Source: Candidatus Omnitrophota bacterium
Lineage (GTDB): Bacteria; Omnitrophota; Gorgyraeia; Zapsychrales; JAHFFX01
Length of the DNA: 64,000 nucleotides
Assembly (NCBI GenBank): GCA_023247725.1
Contig: JAHFFW010000003.1
Location: 64,704 to 128,703, forward strand
Direction of reading: 5' to 3'
Of this stretch, positions 8,407-18,682 are shown piece by piece. Made by a program: the position numbers and the translations under genes. The notes under the pieces were generated by a model. The model did not search any database and was not told the origin of the DNA. It saw nothing but the letters and a program-made list of their open reading frames with translations. The number at the start of each line of letters is the position of its first letter. Position 1 is the first letter of the stretch.

Positions 8407-10211
8407 TGAAAAATCTTTCTAAAACATTCTTTAGCCAGAACCGTCGTGCGGTCGAATTTTTTTTGCTCGCCCTCGGATTGCGCCTGGCCTACTGGCTGAT
8501 TCTCAAATCCTTTTATCTTTTTTATGACTCGCCCAGCGGTGATGCCCTGTATTATCAAAGCTGGGCCCAAGACATTCTCGCCGGTGGCAGACCCGGCGTT
8601 TTTTTTGGTTTGCCTTTATATGCTTATTTTTTAGCGGTCCTCAAGATATTAACGCTCAATAACGGATTTTGGATCCGGCTTTTGCATCTTGTTCTAGGAT
8701 CGGCCAATTGCGTCTTAGTGTATTATCTAGCCCGTCGGGTCTTTAATGAACGCGCTGCAGCCTTAACCGCCATCCTTGTCGCGATCAACTTTAGTCTCAT
8801 CCATTACGACTGGTTGATGATGCCGGTCACCGTCTTAATCAGCCTGTCGCTCATGATCCTCTTATTTTTGGAACGACAGGAATTTGAAAAAAATAAAAGG
8901 CAGTGGTTTTTTTTAGGAATTTTGGTCGGGATCGCCGCACTGGGCGATGGCAAGTTCCTTTTTTTTGCCTTTTTCCTCAGCCTTTATTACTGGAGCAGAT
9001 TTCCTGCCGAGCGTTTTGTTAACTTAAGGTTTATCCTTATTCCCTTTTTATGCGGAATGTGCCTCATCTTGGCTGCGGTTGGCCTGCGCAATCGTCTCGT
9101 GGGTGGAGATTGGGTTTTGATCAGCGCCCAAAGTGGATTGAGTTTTTATATTGGGAATAATCCGGCATCGACAGGAGTTTTTGAGAATCCGGATTTCATC
9201 CGGCCGACGCATGAAGGCCAGGACCTAGACCAAGTCCTGATGGCGCAAAAAGCCTTGAACCGGACCCTCAAACCCAGCGAGGTTTCTTCATTTTATCGTC
9301 GTCAGGGATGGGAATTCATCTGGCAAAATCCTCGCGCTTTTTTCGATCTCTTGCGGAAAAAATTTTTGGCCTTCTGGTGTGAGCATGAAGGCGCCTATGA
9401 CCTGGATCTCTTATTTCAAAGGAGGGCTAAAAATTTTCTGGATTTCAATCCCTATTTTTGCATCGTTCCCCTTGCACTTTTGGGTATCGTTTTCTCGATC
9501 CGAAAGAATTTCCGGACGAGGTTTTCCTTTTTTTTAATTCTGAGTCAGCTGGCGATGACACTGGTTTTCTTCCTAACCCATCGCCACCGGACAACGATCC
9601 TGCCTTTGTTGATCATGTTTGAATCCTGGGGCATCTTTTGGATCTGGGGCAAGATCAAAGAGAAGAACTATTCGCTTCTGGCCTTCGTTGGTGTTTGTCT
9701 ATTGATTCTTTTCGTCAGTTTTCGACCGGTCAGCTTGGATAAAAATTCTATGGACTTCCTCTGGCTTTCGAAGGCGGGAGCCCTTCAAGAAAAGAAAGGG
9801 CGGTTGGATGAAGCCAAGGCCGATTACGTAAAGGCACTTCAAATCAATCCCCATGATCCCAACATCCTCTGTAATCTGGCGAATGTCTTTTTTCAACAAA
9901 AGAATTACAACGAGGCTATTCGTAACTATAAAAAAGCCCTGCAGATCCTGCCCTTTCACTTGGATGCCCTTTATAATCTAGCCTTCACTTACGAGCGTAT
10001 CCAGGATTTTTCCTCTGCCATGGCCTATTTTTATCAGGTCATCACCCTTGATCCGTCGAGTTATGACGCGCATTTCCATCTCGGTCAACTCCATCTAGCC
10101 CAAGGCCAATGCGAGAACGCCCTCTATCACTTCCACGAAACCCTTCGCTTGAAACCTATCCTGAAAAAAGAAATTGAACCCTTACTAAGCTCCTGCCTCA
10201 ATAATCCTTAA
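8403..10211 (+). CDS. Membrane glycosyltransferase of the ArnT/PMT (family 39-like) type fused to C-terminal TPR repeats
   Basis: About 12 predicted TM helices with a periplasmic-loop SGDALYY motif. The C-terminal ~150 aa carry at least four TPR units (ALQINPHD..., NYNEAIRNYKKALQILP..., ...). Confidence 0.6.
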   Translation: MMKNLSKTFFSQNRRAVEFFLLALGLRLAYWLILKSFYLFYDSPSGDALYYQSWAQDILAGGRPGVFFGLPLYAYFLAVLKILTLNNGFWIRLLHLVLGSANCVLVYYLARRVFNERAAALTAILVAINFSLIHYDWLMMPVTVLISLSLMILLFLERQEFEKNKRQWFFLGILVGIAALGDGKFLFFAFFLSLYYWSRFPAERFVNLRFILIPFLCGMCLILAAVGLRNRLVGGDWVLISAQSGLSFYIGNNPASTGVFENPDFIRPTHEGQDLDQVLMAQKALNRTLKPSEVSSFYRRQGWEFIWQNPRAFFDLLRKKFLAFWCEHEGAYDLDLLFQRRAKNFLDFNPYFCIVPLALLGIVFSIRKNFRTRFSFFLILSQLAMTLVFFLTHRHRTTILPLLIMFESWGIFWIWGKIKEKNYSLLAFVGVCLLILFVSFRPVSLDKNSMDFLWLSKAGALQEKKGRLDEAKADYVKALQINPHDPNILCNLANVFFQQKNYNEAIRNYKKALQILPFHLDALYNLAFTYERIQDFSSAMAYFYQVITLDPSSYDAHFHLGQLHLAQGQCENALYHFHETLRLKPILKKEIEPLLSSCLNNP

Positions 10212-10302
10212 CTAGAATATTTACTAAAATATTTTTCTAAAGATTCCAGCGGCACTTATTTTCTAAAACAAGCGGGCGAATGACACAAACCGGCCGAATG
10301 GA

Positions 10303-10331
10303 TTGACAACCATGGCCTTCTCTTTTATAAT
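10303..10331 (+). promoter_or_regulatory. Consensus sigma70 promoter for recA (TTGACA-N17-TATAAT)
   Basis: TTGACA at 10303-10308 and TATAAT at 10326-10331 with an exact 17-nt spacer; RBS AAAGGAGA precedes ATG 10371. Confidence 0.6.
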
Positions 10332-10370
10332 AGCCCTCTCCCATGACAACCGTGAAAGGAGAATGAAACC

Positions 10371-11417
10371 ATGGTAGAATCCAAAAAGTTGGCCGAGAAA
10401 GAAAAAACCCTTCCCGAAACGAGTGTTAGCAATAATAAACAAAAGGCCCTGGAACTGGCCCTGTCCCAGATTGAAAAACAATTTGGCAAGGGTTCCATCA
10501 TGAAACTCGACGGGGCAACGCATCTGGATGTCCCGGCGATTCCGACTGGTTCGCTCAGTCTGGATGCTGCCTTAGGGATCGGCGGTTTCCCGCGCGGACG
10601 AATCGTCGAGGTTTATGGTCAGGAATCTTCGGGAAAGACCACTCTGACGTTAAGCGTGATTAGCCAAGTGCAAAAACAGGGAGGGGTGGCGGCCTTTATT
10701 GATGCCGAACATGCCTTTGATTCCAACTATGCGAAAAGAGTCGGCGTCAAATTGGAAGACCTTTTGATTTCACAGCCCGATACCGGCGAGCAGGCGTTGG
10801 AAATTACCGAAACCCTGGTGCGTTCCAATGCCGTCGATCTGATCGTGGTGGATTCCGTCGCCGCCCTGACTCCCCGGGCCGAAATCGAGGGGGAGATGGG
10901 CGATGCTCACATGGGTCTTCAAGCCCGGCTTATGTCGCAAGCCTTGCGCAAATTGACCGGAGCCATCAGCAAATCCAAAACCTGTGTGGTCTTCATCAAC
11001 CAAATCCGGATGAGGATCGGCGTCATGTTTGGCAATCCCGAAACGACGACGGGCGGACGCGCTTTGAAATTCTACGCCTCGGCCCGCATTGAATTGCGAA
11101 AAATCGAATCGCTCAAAGTCGGTGAAGAGATCGTCGGCAACCGGGTCCGGGCGAAGGTAGTCAAAAACAAAGTGGCGCCGCCATTCAAAGACGCCGAATT
11201 TGAAATCCTCTTCAGCGAAGGAATTTCCCGGATCAGCGACATTCTGGATTTAGGATCCCAGACCGAGGTCATCGCCAAAAGCGGTTCTTGGCTTTCGTTT
11301 GAAAATGAAAAGATTGGACAAGGCCGGGAAAGCGCCCGCAAATTTCTGCAGGAAAACCCCAAAACCCTTTCCCGGATCGAAAAACAAATCCTGGATAAAT
11401 TGAATATCAAACGCTGA
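10371..11417 (+). CDS. recA: Recombinase RecA
   Basis: [24 protein letters not shown], Walker [13 protein letters not shown], and the L1/L2 loops are conserved. 348 aa. Confidence 0.97.
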   Translation: MVESKKLAEKEKTLPETSVSNNKQKALELALSQIEKQFGKGSIMKLDGATHLDVPAIPTGSLSLDAALGIGGFPRGRIVEVYGQESSGKTTLTLSVISQVQKQGGVAAFIDAEHAFDSNYAKRVGVKLEDLLISQPDTGEQALEITETLVRSNAVDLIVVDSVAALTPRAEIEGEMGDAHMGLQARLMSQALRKLTGAISKSKTCVVFINQIRMRIGVMFGNPETTTGGRALKFYASARIELRKIESLKVGEEIVGNRVRAKVVKNKVAPPFKDAEFEILFSEGISRISDILDLGSQTEVIAKSGSWLSFENEKIGQGRESARKFLQENPKTLSRIEKQILDKLNIKR

Positions 11418-11446
11418 CGTTCCATCATTAGCGTTAAAAGGACCAT

Positions 11447-12934
11447 ATGAAACCGAAGTTCCAGCCTCGATCGCTGATCGGCCGGATCACGGTCGTTGCC
11501 TTGCTTGCGTTGTGCCTCTCCCGCCAACTGTTAGCGGCAGCTCCTAAGACGGAGACCAAAACACTCAACCCGCAGGATTTTACCAATGCCGTAGTGAATG
11601 TGGCTGCCTCCGTCGGGCCTGCCGTCGTTTCCATTCAAGCGGAAAAAGTCGAACGGGTTCAGCCGTACTCGCCATTTTCTGGCAGTCCCTTTGAAGACGA
11701 AATGCTCAACCGTTTCTTCTCGGACTTTTTTGGCGAGCCACCGATGCGCGAATTGCACCGTTCTTCGCTGGGCTCGGGCGTCATTATCGATGAAAAAGGT
11801 TATATCCTCACCAATGATCATGTGGTGCGTGACACCGACAAGATCACGGTGACGTTAGCCGATGGACGGGAATTTGTCGGGACGGTCAAGGGAACCGATC
11901 CCCGCTCGGATTTGGCCGTCGTCAAAATTGATGCGCCGGATTTGCCGTATGTTCACCTCGGAGATTCGGATGCCCTGCAGATCGGGCAGTGGGTGGTTGC
12001 CATTGGCTATCCTTTTGGTTTTCTTTTGCCCAACACCGAACCCGCCGTGACCGCCGGAGTCATTAGCGCCTTGCATCGTTCGCTTCCCCGAACCGAGCGC
12101 CGCGATACCGACTACACGGATTTGATTCAAACCGACGCGGCGATTAATCCAGGCAATTCCGGCGGGCCGCTGGTGAATTTGAATGGAGAAATCATTGGGA
12201 TCAATGTCGCGATCTTCTCCACCTCGGGAGGATATCAGGGAATTGGTTTTACAATTCCCTCCAATGCGGCCCGACGCATCGTTGCGCGATTGATTGAAGG
12301 TAAATCCGTGGATTACGGCTGGATCGGCGTGAGCGTTCAGGACATTGACAGCCGGCTGGCAGAATATTTTAATCTCCCCAACGCCGAGGGAGTTCTGGTC
12401 AATAAAATTTTGGAAGGGGGCCCAGCGAGCCGCGCCGGCATTAAGGAAGGCGATATCATTATAACCTTTAACGGCAAGCCAACCAAAAATACAGTGACCC
12501 TCATCAAAATGATCGGCAATACCCCGGTTGATGAACAGGTCAAGATGAAGATCTGGCGGGATAAGAAATCTCAGGAGGTCGACGTCAAAATTGCCAAGCG
12601 TCCGGCCTTCGATGCGCAAGGACAGATCATCCTTCCGGACAATGAACAATCCGACCAAAATAAAGCCACCATCCATTGGCGAGGCCTGACCGTGCGGGAT
12701 ATTCCCGCCTCGATCAAAAACCGAATCCTTTCTCCCAACGTCGATGGGGTCATTGTGACCGACGTGGAAAACAAATCTCCCGCGCAGCTGGCCGGTTTAA
12801 AAAAAGGCGATGTCATCATCAGTGTGAATCAACGGCCAATCAGTAATTTGAAAGAATTGGATGCCGTTTTATCCAAGGCCAAAGGTGATTGTTTACTCCG
12901 GACGGTTCGCGGGTTCTTTGTCGTCAAAGAATAA
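11447..12934 (+). CDS. htrA: Periplasmic serine endoprotease DegP/HtrA with two PDZ domains
   Basis: Signal peptide; catalytic triad contexts ILTNDHVV, DLAVVKI, GNSGGPLVN; two PDZ domains. Confidence 0.93.
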   Translation: MKPKFQPRSLIGRITVVALLALCLSRQLLAAAPKTETKTLNPQDFTNAVVNVAASVGPAVVSIQAEKVERVQPYSPFSGSPFEDEMLNRFFSDFFGEPPMRELHRSSLGSGVIIDEKGYILTNDHVVRDTDKITVTLADGREFVGTVKGTDPRSDLAVVKIDAPDLPYVHLGDSDALQIGQWVVAIGYPFGFLLPNTEPAVTAGVISALHRSLPRTERRDTDYTDLIQTDAAINPGNSGGPLVNLNGEIIGINVAIFSTSGGYQGIGFTIPSNAARRIVARLIEGKSVDYGWIGVSVQDIDSRLAEYFNLPNAEGVLVNKILEGGPASRAGIKEGDIIITFNGKPTKNTVTLIKMIGNTPVDEQVKMKIWRDKKSQEVDVKIAKRPAFDAQGQIILPDNEQSDQNKATIHWRGLTVRDIPASIKNRILSPNVDGVIVTDVENKSPAQLAGLKKGDVIISVNQRPISNLKELDAVLSKAKGDCLLRTVRGFFVVKE

Positions 12935-12939
12935 GTACC

Positions 12940-13413
12940 ATGCCTAAGGGTCAAGCGGATACTCCGGATTTGCAAAAAGCCAAATCCTTTGCCTTCCGGC
13001 TTTTGAAAATACGCCAGCGCAGCGAACGTGAACTCATTGATCGACTGCAACGAAAAAAGATTCCTCAGGAAACCATCGACAGAACCCTGCAGTACCTGCG
13101 GAACTATCAATTCGTTGGTGATAGAGAATTTACGAAATGGTGGGTCCGCTCCCGCCTGAATAAACCCTTTGGCTTAAAACGCATCCGCGAGGAATTGAAA
13201 GATAAAGGAATCGCCGAAGAACTCATCCGCAGCGAATTGTCTTGTATCCAGCCGGAGCTCGATGAATCGCAGATGATCGGGCATTTGTTGGCGAAGCGTC
13301 TGAATCGTTATCGTGGACTTGACCCGATCAAACGCAAACGGCGGATTTTTGAATTTTTATGCCGGCGAGGGTTTTCCTTAGAGGCGGTTGAGCAAGCCAT
13401 CAAAAATTTATGA
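12940..13413 (+). CDS. recX: RecA regulator RecX
   Basis: AFRLLKIRQRSERELIDRLQRKKIPQETIDRTLQYLRNYQFVGDREF is the three-repeat RecX fold. Start set at the internal ATG 12940 just after the htrA stop. Confidence 0.85.
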   Translation: MPKGQADTPDLQKAKSFAFRLLKIRQRSERELIDRLQRKKIPQETIDRTLQYLRNYQFVGDREFTKWWVRSRLNKPFGLKRIREELKDKGIAEELIRSELSCIQPELDESQMIGHLLAKRLNRYRGLDPIKRKRRIFEFLCRRGFSLEAVEQAIKNL

Positions 13414-16076
13414 ACACCAACCAAATTCGGGAAGAGTTCTTAAGCTTTTTTAAAAGCAAAGGGCATACCATCATCGCCAGCGATTCGGTCGTTCCCAAAG
13501 ACGACCCGACGGTTCTTTTTACGACCGCCGGCATGCAGCAGTTCAAGCAGCAATTCCTCGGCCATATCGAAGGGTATACCCGCGCAGCGTCGGTGCAAAA
13601 ATGTTTGCGAACCGATGATCTGGACAAAGTGGGCAAAACCCCGGTTCACCACACGTTCTTTGAAATGTTAGGCAACTTTTCTTTCGGCGATTATTTTAAA
13701 AAACAAGCCATTGCCTGGGCCTGGGAATTTCTCACGCAGGCCTTGCACATCCAGGCAGAAAGGTTGTGGGTTTCCGTCTATCAAGAAGATCAAGAAGCCG
13801 AACAGATTTGGCTTTCGGACATTCACTTGCCATCGCACAAATTGATGAAGTTCGGTGATAAGGACAATTTTTGGCCGGCCGAGGCCAAAGAAAAAGGACC
13901 CAATGGTCCCTGCGGCCCGTGTTCCGAAATTTTCTTTGACTACGGCGTTAATCCGGCTTGTCCGGCCAAAGACCGCTGTGATCCTTCCTGTCCCTGCGGT
14001 CGTTTTTCCGAAATTTGGAATCTTGTCTTTACGCAATTCAACCGTAAGGAGGGAGGGATTCTCGAACCGCTTCCCGGAAAAAACATTGACACGGGCATGG
14101 GGCTGGAACGACTCTCGGCGGTCATTCAAGGTAAAAAGAGCAATTATGAAACCGATTTATTTCTCCCCATTCTATCCGAGATCAAAAAAATCCCCGTCAA
14201 GCTGAACGACATCGATCAAAGGGTGATCGCCGATCATATCCGCGCGATTGTCTTTGCCATTCATGACGGGGTTATTCCTACGAACGAAGGCCGCGGATAC
14301 GTCATTAAAAAGCTCATTGTGGACTCTGCCGATATCTTTCTGCGTCAGGATTACGACGAACCAGCCCTTTACCGCCTGGTTCAAAGTGTCGTCGACACGA
14401 TGAGTCATCCGTATCCAGAACTCACTAAAAATACGGCAATGATCGCCAATATCATCAAGAAAACCGAGGAATCTTATCTTGCCGTGATTAAAGAAAAGGT
14501 TCCTCAACTAGAGGCCAGGATCGAGGTCATCAAGCACTCCAAAGGCCTCTCCCAAACCGATCAATCGATCCGTTTGGGCAACCTTGCCTTTGAATACCAC
14601 GACACTCATGGCTTGAGCCTTTCGCGCATTGAGCGGATCCTGACGATCCAGGGAATTCCTAAGGATATGCAAAAAGATGCGATTCACCGTTACCAGCAGT
14701 TAATGGAAGAACAAAAGACGCGTTCCCGGCAAATGAGCAAAATGACGGGTGATGTATTTGCCGACACCGTCTTTGATTTCAATGTTCCTAAAACGCAGTT
14801 CGTCGGATACGATTCATTCTCTTCCACGAGCAAGATTTTGAAAATGTTCCAAGGGTCCGAAGAAGCTGAATCGATCCAGCCGGGACAAGAAACAAAGATC
14901 ATTTTGGACCAGACGCCTTTTTATGCCGAGGCCGGTGGCCAGGTCGGCGATACGGGTTCCATCATCAAGGAGGACGCGGTTTTTAAAGTGATGGATACCC
15001 AAAAAATTGGTGACATCTATGTGCACACGGGTAAAGTCGAACTGGGAAGTTTTGAGCTTGATGATATGGTCCAGACTCATATCGATGAAGAACGCCGTAT
15101 TAACATCATGCGCAATCATACGGCCACGCATTTATTGCAGGCCGCCTTGCGGCAGGTCCTCGGTCATCATGTCCAGCAGCAGGGATCGTTGGTCGCAGAG
15201 GACCGCCTAAGATTTGACTTTACTCATCCCCAGGCTGTCAATAAAGATGAACTGCAGCAAATCGAATCCCTCATCAACCATCAGATTATGGCGAGCGATC
15301 CCGTCGATAAAAAAAGCATGGGATTGCGAGAGGCGAAGGAAAAAGGCGCCATGGCCTTTTTTGCCGAAAAATATAAGGATATTGTAAGGGTGGTCTTAAT
15401 TGGCAACTATTCCAAGGAACTCTGCGGCGGGACGCATTTACGAACAACCGGTCAGATTGGTCTTTTTAAAATCATCGGCGAAAATTCCGTCGCGCAGGGC
15501 ATCCGCCGCATTGAAGCCTTGACGGGAACCGCGGCGCTGGAATATTCCCGGCAGAAAGAATTGCAATTGGAAGAAATCTCCCATACGATCAAGGCTCCGG
15601 TCTCAGAAGTGGTGAGCCGAGTGATCAACCAGGCCAAACGACTCAAGCATCTGGAAAAACAATTGGAAATGGTTCGTTTGGAAAAGATTCGCAACTCCCT
15701 CGATGAATTGATCAAAAAGGCAGAGACGGTCGATCACACTCAAGTCATCAGTCTGGCTTTTACGGATACCGACGCCAATGTTCTGCGGCAGGTGGCGGAT
15801 CTCATTCGGCAGAAAGTGGCCTCGGGCGTGATCTGCCTCGGGGGACAGTATGAAGATACCGCGCACCTCATCATCGGCGTATCGAAAGATCTGACCCAGC
15901 GCGGGATCAAGGCCAATGAACTGATGAAACGCATCGCACCCTTGATTGGCGGAACAGGCGGCGGCCGGCCGGAAATGGCACAGGCGGGCAGCAAAGAACC
16001 GGATAAACTCTTCGCGGCGATTTCTCTAGCGAAAGAAATTATCAAACGAAATTTGCAAGGCCATGAAAGTTCTTAA
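13410..16076 (+). CDS. alaS: Alanine--tRNA ligase
   Basis: 888 aa with class II aaRS motifs; N-terminus MNTNQIREEFLSFFKSKGH; editing domain HxxxH motifs; C-terminal DHHA1 domain. Confidence 0.97.
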   Translation: MNTNQIREEFLSFFKSKGHTIIASDSVVPKDDPTVLFTTAGMQQFKQQFLGHIEGYTRAASVQKCLRTDDLDKVGKTPVHHTFFEMLGNFSFGDYFKKQAIAWAWEFLTQALHIQAERLWVSVYQEDQEAEQIWLSDIHLPSHKLMKFGDKDNFWPAEAKEKGPNGPCGPCSEIFFDYGVNPACPAKDRCDPSCPCGRFSEIWNLVFTQFNRKEGGILEPLPGKNIDTGMGLERLSAVIQGKKSNYETDLFLPILSEIKKIPVKLNDIDQRVIADHIRAIVFAIHDGVIPTNEGRGYVIKKLIVDSADIFLRQDYDEPALYRLVQSVVDTMSHPYPELTKNTAMIANIIKKTEESYLAVIKEKVPQLEARIEVIKHSKGLSQTDQSIRLGNLAFEYHDTHGLSLSRIERILTIQGIPKDMQKDAIHRYQQLMEEQKTRSRQMSKMTGDVFADTVFDFNVPKTQFVGYDSFSSTSKILKMFQGSEEAESIQPGQETKIILDQTPFYAEAGGQVGDTGSIIKEDAVFKVMDTQKIGDIYVHTGKVELGSFELDDMVQTHIDEERRINIMRNHTATHLLQAALRQVLGHHVQQQGSLVAEDRLRFDFTHPQAVNKDELQQIESLINHQIMASDPVDKKSMGLREAKEKGAMAFFAEKYKDIVRVVLIGNYSKELCGGTHLRTTGQIGLFKIIGENSVAQGIRRIEALTGTAALEYSRQKELQLEEISHTIKAPVSEVVSRVINQAKRLKHLEKQLEMVRLEKIRNSLDELIKKAETVDHTQVISLAFTDTDANVLRQVADLIRQKVASGVICLGGQYEDTAHLIIGVSKDLTQRGIKANELMKRIAPLIGGTGGGRPEMAQAGSKEPDKLFAAISLAKEIIKRNLQGHESS

Positions 16077-17295
16077 ACAAAACGGCAAGGGCATTGAAAA
16101 AATCTTTAACCGGAATCTTCTTTTCCGCAAAAAGCACATTGAAGAAAAGGTCCGCAAGATCGTCGCCGAGGTCCAACTCAATGGCGATGAAGCCCTTCTT
16201 AAGTTCACCCGGAAGTTTGATCAATGCAAATTGCTAGCGAAACACATCCGGGCGGATGAAAGCGAAATCAGCGGCGCCTTCCAGAATATCACCAGTGATT
16301 TTATTGCAGCTTTGAAACTCATCATTAATAATGTGGAAGTCTTTTACAAGAAGCAGCTCAAAAAACCGGCCCGGGTCAAGGACCACGAGGGAATCGTCCT
16401 CAAAGAAAATATTCTCCCATTGGAATCCGTTGGAATTTATATCCCGGCGGGAACCGCGCCCTTGGTTTCATCGGTCTATATGACCGTCATTCCGGCAAAG
16501 GTGGCCGGCGTCAAACGGATCGCCATTGCCACTCCACCGAATCGAGAAGGGCATATCCATCCTTACATTCTGGCGGTTGCGAATCTTCTGAAGGTCAATG
16601 AAATTTACAAAATCGGCGGGGCGCAGGCGGTCGCGGCATTGGCGATGGGAACCAAGAGCATTCCCAAAGTCGATAAGATCATCGGCCCCGGCAACATGTA
16701 TGTCACCGAGGCCAAGCGCCAGTTGTTCGGCTATGTGGACATCGACATGCTGGCCGGTCCGACGGAGCTTGTGGTCATTGCCAATCGCTTCAGTGATCCG
16801 GATTACATCATTGCGGATCTGGAGGCCCAGATGGAACACATTGGTGGACTCTCGATCCTGATCACGCCGTCCAAGCAGTTGATTCGACAAATCCGCAAAC
16901 GCGCCACCTCGGGTTATTGTATTCCAGTCAAAAATATGGATGAGGCGGTGGAGGTGGCCAATCGCATTGCCCCCGAACATTTGCAAATCCTGACGAATAA
17001 CCCCTTAAGCATCGCCAAAAAGATTCATAATGCCGCGGCGATTTTCTTGGGACCCTATAGTCCGACGGCGGTGGGGGACTATGTCGCCGGACCGAGCCAC
17101 GTATTGCCGACGCTGGGCACCGCGCGATTTTTCTCTGGCCTATGCCTTTCGGATTTTATGAAGACCAGCCATGTGATTTCGTATTCCCGCAAGGCCCTGG
17201 AACGCATTCGCGAACCTCTGGATAAAATCGCAACGATCGAAGGTCTTCCGAAACATTCGGCCTCGATCAAGATCCGGTTTAATGGAAAGGAATAA
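16063..17295 (+). CDS. hisD: Histidinol dehydrogenase
   Basis: 410 aa HisD family; overlaps the alaS stop by 14 nt. Confidence 0.92.
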   Translation: MKVLKQNGKGIEKIFNRNLLFRKKHIEEKVRKIVAEVQLNGDEALLKFTRKFDQCKLLAKHIRADESEISGAFQNITSDFIAALKLIINNVEVFYKKQLKKPARVKDHEGIVLKENILPLESVGIYIPAGTAPLVSSVYMTVIPAKVAGVKRIAIATPPNREGHIHPYILAVANLLKVNEIYKIGGAQAVAALAMGTKSIPKVDKIIGPGNMYVTEAKRQLFGYVDIDMLAGPTELVVIANRFSDPDYIIADLEAQMEHIGGLSILITPSKQLIRQIRKRATSGYCIPVKNMDEAVEVANRIAPEHLQILTNNPLSIAKKIHNAAAIFLGPYSPTAVGDYVAGPSHVLPTLGTARFFSGLCLSDFMKTSHVISYSRKALERIREPLDKIATIEGLPKHSASIKIRFNGKE

Positions 17296-17297
17296 TC

Positions 17298-17915
17298 ATG
17301 CCGCCATCACCCCGTCGAGCTTCTTTTGAGCGCAAAAGTTCCGAGACCGTCATCAAAGTCAGTTTGAACTTGGACGGTCGGGGCAAAACCAAAATCAAGA
17401 CGCCGATCGGACTTTTGTCGCACATGCTCGACTTATTCTGTTTCCATGGATTTTTTGATCTGTCCCTCGAGGTAAAAGGCGATACTCATATCGATATCCA
17501 CCACACCAATGAAGATATCGGGATTGTTTTGGGAAAGGCCTTTAAAGAAGCGCTCAAGGATAAAAAGGGCATTCGCCGTTTTGGTTGGGCCTTTACGCCG
17601 ATGGAGAATACTCTTGGCCAGACTGTTATTGATATCAGCGGGCGGGGTCATTGCACAATGAACTTTGATGGTCCTTCCCAAGGTTCCAACAAGGAAGAGG
17701 GATATACATTTCAAGATCTAGAACATTTTTTGGATTCCTTCGCGAAAAGTTTGGGGGCGAATTTGATCGTTACCATTAAAGATCCTAAAAGCACGGCAGA
17801 TTTACATACCGTTCTCGAAACTGTTTTCAAATCTTTAGGTATGGCACTCGATCAGGCGACTGCGATCGATCCAAGACGTAAAGGGATTCCCTCGACGAAG
17901 GGGATTATTGATTAG
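17298..17915 (+). CDS. hisB: Imidazoleglycerol-phosphate dehydratase
   Basis: IGLLSHMLDLF...HHTNEDIGIVLG IGPD motifs; monofunctional, 205 aa. Confidence 0.93.
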   Translation: MPPSPRRASFERKSSETVIKVSLNLDGRGKTKIKTPIGLLSHMLDLFCFHGFFDLSLEVKGDTHIDIHHTNEDIGIVLGKAFKEALKDKKGIRRFGWAFTPMENTLGQTVIDISGRGHCTMNFDGPSQGSNKEEGYTFQDLEHFLDSFAKSLGANLIVTIKDPKSTADLHTVLETVFKSLGMALDQATAIDPRRKGIPSTKGIID

Positions 17916-17920
17916 GATAA

Positions 17921-18064
17921 ACGTAGGACGTGGGAAGTCCGTTCCCCCGCCGACTGTCTGACGACAGTCAGACGGCGGAGTCACTGGGACGTGGGATGTC
18001 AATATTTCACGTCCTACGTCCCAGAGAATCCGCGAAGCGGATGAGCGGACGTCCAACGTCCTAC
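17921..18064. repeat. Structured intergenic element between hisB and hisH: nested imperfect palindromes built from GGGACGTGGGA / GGACGTCC units
   Basis: Read directly: ACGTAGGACGTGGGAAGTCC (17921-40); hairpin CCGCCG-actg-TCTGAC-gaca-GTCAGA-CGGCGG (17947-78); CTGGGACGTGGGATGTCAATATTTCACGTCCTACGTCCCAG, a 19-bp-arm palindrome centred on AATATT; ATCCGC-GAA-GCGGAT; GGACGTCCAACGTCCTACGG, which is nearly the reverse complement of the first unit. Confidence 0.6.
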
Positions 18065-18079
18065 GGTTAAAGGACAAAT

Positions 18080-18682
18080 ATGATCGCCATCATCGACTAC
18101 GGCATGGGAAATCTGCGCAGCGTGCAAAAGGCCTTTGAACGAGTGGGTGCCGCCGCTTTAGTCACGCAAAATCCGGATGATATCGCCCAGGCCGATCAAG
18201 TGGTTTTACCCGGTGTGGGGGCGATGCAACCGGCCATGGAACGGCTCGATGAATTGGGATTAATTCCCGTCGTCCGCGAGTCGATTTCGGTTGGCAAGCC
18301 ATTTTTAGGAATTTGCCTCGGATTGCAACTTTTGTTTGAAACGAGTTCCGAAGGCGGCCAGGTCCAAGGCTTAGGAATTTTACCCGGAACCGTGGAGCGC
18401 TTTCATGCACTCAAGGTGCCGCACATGGGATGGAACCAAATTTCGTTCCGCGACCACAGCCCGCTCCTCGCTGGGTTAAAGGACGGCAGTTACCTTTATT
18501 TTTGTCATTCGTATTTTGTTCGCCCCAAAGATGAATCAGTGATCTGTGCCACCACGGATTATGGAATTGGATTTGTTTGTGCGATTCATTGGAATAATAT
18601 TTTCGGCGTGCAATTTCATCCGGAAAAAAGCCAAGATCTGGGTTTAGGCATCCTTAAAAATTTCACCGAGGTCAGGGCATGA
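18080..18682 (+). CDS. hisH: Imidazole glycerol phosphate synthase, glutamine amidotransferase subunit
   Basis: MIAIIDYGMGNLRSV, catalytic Cys in GICLGLQ, HPEKS. Confidence 0.95.
   Translation: MIAIIDYGMGNLRSVQKAFERVGAAALVTQNPDDIAQADQVVLPGVGAMQPAMERLDELGLIPVVRESISVGKPFLGICLGLQLLFETSSEGGQVQGLGILPGTVERFHALKVPHMGWNQISFRDHSPLLAGLKDGSYLYFCHSYFVRPKDESVICATTDYGIGFVCAIHWNNIFGVQFHPEKSQDLGLGILKNFTEVRA

Noticed and set aside
10212-10370. SOS (LexA) operator upstream of recA
   Set aside because: I searched for CTGT-N8-ACAG and GAAC-N4-GTTC type boxes between the promoter and the start codon and found no convincing palindrome. Absence of evidence only.
11855-12676. 273-aa ORF on the minus strand
   Set aside because: Entirely antisense to htrA, with no recognisable domain and a low-complexity G/R/I-rich translation. 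It is a typical shadow ORF of a GC-biased gene.
16468-16986. 172-aa minus-strand ORF inside hisD. Several similar antisense ORFs of 150-240 aa occur at 19359-19874, 27814-28326, 42234-42725, 44174-44887 and 47482-48090
   Set aside because: All lie antisense to strongly supported conserved genes, and none has a motif or an RBS.
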